From positions 844-64,843 of the forward strand of contig CBDAMZ010000010.1 in the NCBI GenBank assembly GCA_965197375.1: a DNA stretch of 64,000 bases, in the 5' to 3' direction. Under the pieces are notes generated by a model. The model was not told where the DNA came from, did not search any database, and worked only from the letters and a program-made list of their open reading frames with translations. Below are positions 59,867-64,000 of this stretch, piece by piece. Both the position numbers and the translations under genes were made by a program. Positions within the stretch are counted from its first letter, which is position 1. Each line of letters starts with the position of its first letter. Source of the DNA: Vicinamibacterales bacterium (GTDB lineage Bacteria > Acidobacteriota > Vicinamibacteria > Vicinamibacterales > UBA8438).

Positions 59867-60042
59867 TAGCTGCTCAGCGTCGTTCCAACCTATTTCGCCA
59901 ACGAGATAGGTGCGTGCACCAGAGCGACACATGCTGGCTTTACGGCAAGGTTGATGTGCCATTTACTCGGAAGTGCAAGGTCGAACAACACTAGGAACCT
60001 GTCCTGCCAGTGCACTAGGATCCCACCTAACGGAATTTTTGG

Positions 60043-62661
60043 ATGAGACGTCTCACCACATGGGCTCTCGTGGCAACCCTCCTGGCCACCGGCACCGTCC
60101 GCTATCTGCGTGCGCAGACCGGCATCCCGACACCCGCATCGGTCATCGGCTTCGAGCCGTGCGCCGACTATAAGCTCGCGACCTACGAACAAGTTGCGGC
60201 GTACTTTCAGGCTCTCGACAACTCAACGGACCGGATGGCCCTCGTCGAAATAGGTGAGACCGCAGAAGGCCGGACGCAGCTAATGGCCATCATTTCGTCT
60301 GAAGCGAACCTGCAGCGGTTGGAGCGTATTAAGGCGATCGCTAGCCGACTCGCGAACGCGCGAGGACTTACCGATGCCGAGGCGCGCGCGCTGGCAGCGG
60401 AAGGCCGAGCCGTGGTGTGGATCGACTTCGGCTTGCATTCCACCGAGGTAGGTCACGCACAAACCGCCCCACTGGTGGCGTACCGGGCCGTCACGGACGA
60501 CACGTACGAGATGCAGGCCATCCGGGACAACGTCATCTTCTTACTCCTACCGAATATGAACCCGGACGGCACAACGCTGGTGGCCGAATGGTATATGAAA
60601 TATGTTGGAACACGCTACGAGCAGACATCACCGCCAGAGCTCTATCAGAAGTACGCGGGCCACGACAATAACCGTGACTGGTTTATGTTCAATCTGCCCG
60701 AGTCCAGAAACGTAGCCAAACAGCTCTATGCCGAGTGGTTTCCCCAGATTGTCTACAACCAGCACCAAACTGCTCCGTTCCCCGCCCGCATCTTCGTTCC
60801 GCCGTTCGACGACCCGATGAACCCAAATATCCCGCCGCTCGTCATGCGCGGAGTCAACCTGGTTGGTGAAGTGATCACGCGACGGCTCGAGCAGGAAGGC
60901 AAGACGGGTGCTATCTCCCGTATCAACTTCGACACCTGGTGGAACGGCGGCATGCGAACCGCGCCCTACTTTCACAACATGGTCGGCATCGTGACCGAGA
61001 CAAGTCACGCATCGGCGACACCTTCAGAGTACGACCCGGACACGTTTCCTAAGACATTCGCGGACGGGCGCCCCACCCTCGAGCCCACAACTTACTATCC
61101 CAACCCCTATCGCGGTGGTGAATGGCACCTACGGGACACCTGCGAATACATGCTCACGGCATCGATGGCGGTCCTTGACCTCGGCGCGAAGCGACGTGCC
61201 GAATGGCTGTACGACAGCTATCATATGGGTCGCGATGCAATCGAAGCTGGCCGCAACGAAGTCTACGTCGTGTCCCGGGATCAATGGGATATCGGCACGG
61301 CGGTCAAGCTCGTCAACGTGCTGCGCTGGGGCGGCGTCGAGATCGACCGTGCTACCCGACCGTTCACTCTCAGCGAGCGGCGCTATCCGACCGACAGTTA
61401 CGTTATCCGAGGTGCCCAGCCGTTTAGACCATATCTAACCGACCTGCTCAACCCGCAGGTCTATCCCGACCGGCGGCAGTATCCGGGCGGTCCTCCCGAC
61501 CAGCCGTACGACATCACCGGCTGGACCCTCCCGATCCAAATGGGGGTAACGATTGACCGGCACACCGGCGTGGAACGGCTTCCCGCCGATGCGCTCGTAC
61601 CGGTCGAGTGGGCGGAGCTCAAACCCTCGGTCGTGCCGAACTTGCCCGGCTTCGCGTATGCGTTCGACCCCCGATCTAATGACAGCTTCACCGCCGTCAA
61701 TCGACTGGTGGCCGGTGGCGAGAAGGTTCAACGCGCGACCGACGCAATCAGCATCGGCACCATGATCTGGCCGGCCGGCGCCTTCGTCGTCCCGGCCGTT
61801 TCAGGTATACACAACCAGATCGAAGCCGCAGTGCAAAACTTGGGACTAACGGTCGGCTCGCTCGACGAGCGGCCAAGAGGCAGCCGCTTGGTACCCCTCC
61901 GTCAACCACACGTGGGGCTGTATCACGGCTGGGGTGGGAACACCGACGAGGGATGGACCCGCTGGTTGCTTGAGAAATTCGAGTTCCCTTATCACCGTAT
62001 ACACGATCAAGACGTCAGAGAGGGCACGCTCGGCGACTACGACGTAATTATCCTCCCGGATGCCAGCTACAGCCAGATGCTGACCGGGCTGAGTGCGCTT
62101 CAGGCACCTCCGGAGTACACGGGCGGAATGACGCCAAAGGGGGTGTCAAACCTGCACGACTTCGTGCAACACGGCGGCACGTTGGTGACGCTCGACAGCG
62201 CGGCGGAGCTACCCCTGGTGGGCTTCGGTCTTCCGTTGCGTGATGTAACCGCCGGCCGCCAGCCCGCCGAATTTTACGTGCCCGGGACGTTGCTCGAAAT
62301 CACGATCGACTCCGCCCACCCGGTTGGCTTCGGCATGCCCGCGCGGGCGGCGGCCTTCTTTGCCCGCAGCCCCGTCTTCGCTATGAGACGTGGTAGTGAG
62401 CGGCGCCAGTCTGTGAGAGAAGCCCAGGAATTCGATGATGGTATGACGGTCGTGGCTCGTTACCCAGACGCGGGCTTGCTTCGAAGCGGGTGGTTACTGG
62501 GCGAGCAGGTACTGGCCGGTCGCGCGGCCGTCGTCGAGGCACGCGTCGGCCGGGGCCGCGTCATCCTCATCGGCATACGGGCGCAGCATCGGGGTCAGCC
62601 ACACGGCACCTTCAAGCTGCTCTTCAACGCCCTGTACCGAGGAGCGACGGGGCCTGCGTAA
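60043..62661 (+). CDS. secreted M14-family metallocarboxypeptidase-like protein (872 aa)
   Basis: Signal peptide MRRLTTWALVATLLATGTVRYLRAQ. Zn-carboxypeptidase motifs GLHSTEVG (HxxE) and LLPNMNPDG. Large C-terminal extension. Confidence 0.8.
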   Translation: MRRLTTWALVATLLATGTVRYLRAQTGIPTPASVIGFEPCADYKLATYEQVAAYFQALDNSTDRMALVEIGETAEGRTQLMAIISSEANLQRLERIKAIASRLANARGLTDAEARALAAEGRAVVWIDFGLHSTEVGHAQTAPLVAYRAVTDDTYEMQAIRDNVIFLLLPNMNPDGTTLVAEWYMKYVGTRYEQTSPPELYQKYAGHDNNRDWFMFNLPESRNVAKQLYAEWFPQIVYNQHQTAPFPARIFVPPFDDPMNPNIPPLVMRGVNLVGEVITRRLEQEGKTGAISRINFDTWWNGGMRTAPYFHNMVGIVTETSHASATPSEYDPDTFPKTFADGRPTLEPTTYYPNPYRGGEWHLRDTCEYMLTASMAVLDLGAKRRAEWLYDSYHMGRDAIEAGRNEVYVVSRDQWDIGTAVKLVNVLRWGGVEIDRATRPFTLSERRYPTDSYVIRGAQPFRPYLTDLLNPQVYPDRRQYPGGPPDQPYDITGWTLPIQMGVTIDRHTGVERLPADALVPVEWAELKPSVVPNLPGFAYAFDPRSNDSFTAVNRLVAGGEKVQRATDAISIGTMIWPAGAFVVPAVSGIHNQIEAAVQNLGLTVGSLDERPRGSRLVPLRQPHVGLYHGWGGNTDEGWTRWLLEKFEFPYHRIHDQDVREGTLGDYDVIILPDASYSQMLTGLSALQAPPEYTGGMTPKGVSNLHDFVQHGGTLVTLDSAAELPLVGFGLPLRDVTAGRQPAEFYVPGTLLEITIDSAHPVGFGMPARAAAFFARSPVFAMRRGSERRQSVREAQEFDDGMTVVARYPDAGLLRSGWLLGEQVLAGRAAVVEARVGRGRVILIGIRAQHRGQPHGTFKLLFNALYRGATGPA

Positions 62662-62807
62662 ACGCTGGGCGCTCCGGAGCGTATTTATCCGGTAGTAGGT
62701 GCGGTCAAGAAGCGTGATTTCCTGGGACGTGGTTGCCGCAAGAGTATCGGGGGGGGAGGGGACCCCTGAGTTATGAACCCTGAGTTAACGCCCCATGGTA
62801 CAGCTCG

Positions 62808-63302
62808 GTGGTGATCAGCACAGGGTGCCTAGCATTGGTTGTGACGCGATGGTGCATCTCGGTAATCATCGGAGCCCTAATATTGGCACTCGCCACGCCG
62901 ACCGAGGCGGCTCAGCGGCGGCAAAAATGGTGGCAGTCGGGGACAATCAAGACTGCGGTCGGCCTTAGTGACAAACAATCCGACGACCTGGAAACGATTT
63001 TTCAGGCTACCCGACCGAAGCTCAGAGAGCAAATGCGGCGACTCAGCAAAGAAGAGGCGGATCTCTCCTCCCTCATACACACGATGGAGGTGGAAGAGTC
63101 TGAAGCCACGCTTCAGATCGACAAGGTCGAAGCGGTGCGTAGCGAGCTAAGTAAGACGCGAACCTTGATGATCTATCGGATGCACCGTGAGCTGACGGCC
63201 CAGCAGCGTGACACACTTCGCGAGTTGGGGGAGCGGCGGCGGAAGCAGGGACGGCGCCAGCCACCCCTGCTTCCGCCGCCGCTCCCACCACCCCGTCACT
63301 GA
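62808..63302 (+). CDS. Spy/CpxP-family periplasmic protein (LTxxQ-type)
   Basis: N-terminal hydrophobic signal. LSDKQSDDL and LTAQQRDTL motifs in a helical, charged protein. Pro-rich tail. Confidence 0.65.
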   Translation: MVISTGCLALVVTRWCISVIIGALILALATPTEAAQRRQKWWQSGTIKTAVGLSDKQSDDLETIFQATRPKLREQMRRLSKEEADLSSLIHTMEVEESEATLQIDKVEAVRSELSKTRTLMIYRMHRELTAQQRDTLRELGERRRKQGRRQPPLLPPPLPPPRH

Positions 63303-63446
63303 CGAGCCCGCGGATCCCTACCGATGCGGCACCAGCCCACCCCATCGGTTTCACACAGTCTCCTTACACGGCTCCAAAGCTCGTGTGCAGGATTGAGAAT
63401 ATCATTGGGTATCCATGATTCCCATTAAACAAAGAGGGTGGCCTCA

Positions 63447-64000
63447 GTGAAACGAGCAAACATCTATCTGAGCGTCAGTCTCCTTGTAATTGGCAGCGCC
63501 GGAGCCACACAGGCGCAAGTGCTCGAGACCGGGGTCGCGCGCCTGACCGACACCGCGACGCCGGAGAACAGGCAGCCGGCGAAGAACGATCGGCAGTTCG
63601 GCCTAACCCTAGATGACGCGATCGAGCGTGCCCTCGAACGCAACCTTGACATTGCGGTCGAGCGACTGGTTCCGCAAGCGGTCGACCTGACGTTGGCTCA
63701 ACAGCAGGCATTCTACCGTCCGACGGTGTCGACGAGTATCGCCAGCACGTCGCAAATCTCCCCATCGAGGACGCAACTCGACGGCGGAGAACGCGTCGAA
63801 ACAGGCACGGCAACGTTCAACTCCTCAGTCGCGCAGCCAGTGCCATGGGGTGGGGGGAGTTTTGACATCGCCTGGAACAATAACCGTGTAGAGACCACTA
63901 ACGTCTTCTCGAGCTTCAATCCCAGTTACCGCAGCACTTTCGCCGCCACCTACACGCAACCGCTTTTGCGCGGCTTTAAGATCGACTCGGCACGGCAGCA
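63447..64000 (+). CDS. TolC-family outer-membrane efflux protein, 5' part (runs off window end)
   Basis: GTG start. Signal VKRANIYLSVSLLVIGSAGATQAQ, then LTLDDAIERALERNLDIAVERL...YRPTV...YTQPLLRGF, typical of OMF/TolC N-termini. Confidence 0.8.
   Translation, partial: MKRANIYLSVSLLVIGSAGATQAQVLETGVARLTDTATPENRQPAKNDRQFGLTLDDAIERALERNLDIAVERLVPQAVDLTLAQQQAFYRPTVSTSIASTSQISPSRTQLDGGERVETGTATFNSSVAQPVPWGGGSFDIAWNNNRVETTNVFSSFNPSYRSTFAATYTQPLLRGFKIDSARQ

Overview
High-GC (about 60-63%) bacterial chromosomal window. It is almost entirely core housekeeping genome; protein signatures look Acidobacteriota-like, but that is inference only. I support about 70 genes.

Gene content, in order:
- accB-accC with an M24 peptidase and a thiE copy.
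- Translation block rplM-rpsI-rpsB-tsf-pyrH-frr.
- Two threonine-synthase paralogs flanking tRNA-Ala(CGC).
- FmdB zinc ribbon, Cys-less rhodanese, LolA-like protein and a lipoprotein TPR-secretin.
- One intact-looking IS3-family insertion with perfect 27-bp inverted repeats and a GATG target duplication.
- A co-directional cell-wall synthesis/recycling string: nagZ-ldcA-mpl-pxpB-pxpC-murB-murA.
- A divergent GHMP kinase, a RodZ-like protein, a second thiE and rnhB.
- The rpsP-KH-rimM-trmD-rplS operon.
- ribD-ribE-ribBA, gpsA-plsY, thpR, cinA, pgpA, ftcD, nrdR, purC and groES-groEL.
- tonB, selB, rnr, glycerate kinase, gatB, pckA and a SpoIID-like protein.
- ECF sigma/anti-sigma followed by ispH, an M14 peptidase, a CpxP-like protein and the start of a TolC-family gene.

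No CRISPR array, rRNA, prophage or recognisable defence island is present.

Most notable observations:
1. At least eight genes, including the essential rpsB, tsf and pyrH, have single-base frame breaks at short homopolymers. This is most simply indel noise in the sequence.
2. A decayed 3' fragment of ffh (SRP protein M domain, with an in-frame TAG, a frame change and internal deletions) sits directly upstream of rpsP. It abuts a rib operon that lacks ribH, which marks a rearrangement or deletion breakpoint.
3. pxpB-pxpC, without pxpA in this window, is tightly embedded in the muropeptide-recycling string.
4. A GHMP-family kinase (possibly anomeric) lies divergent to nagZ.
5. A terminator-like hairpin with a U6 tract sits inside the groES leader, downstream of a CIRCE-like repeat.
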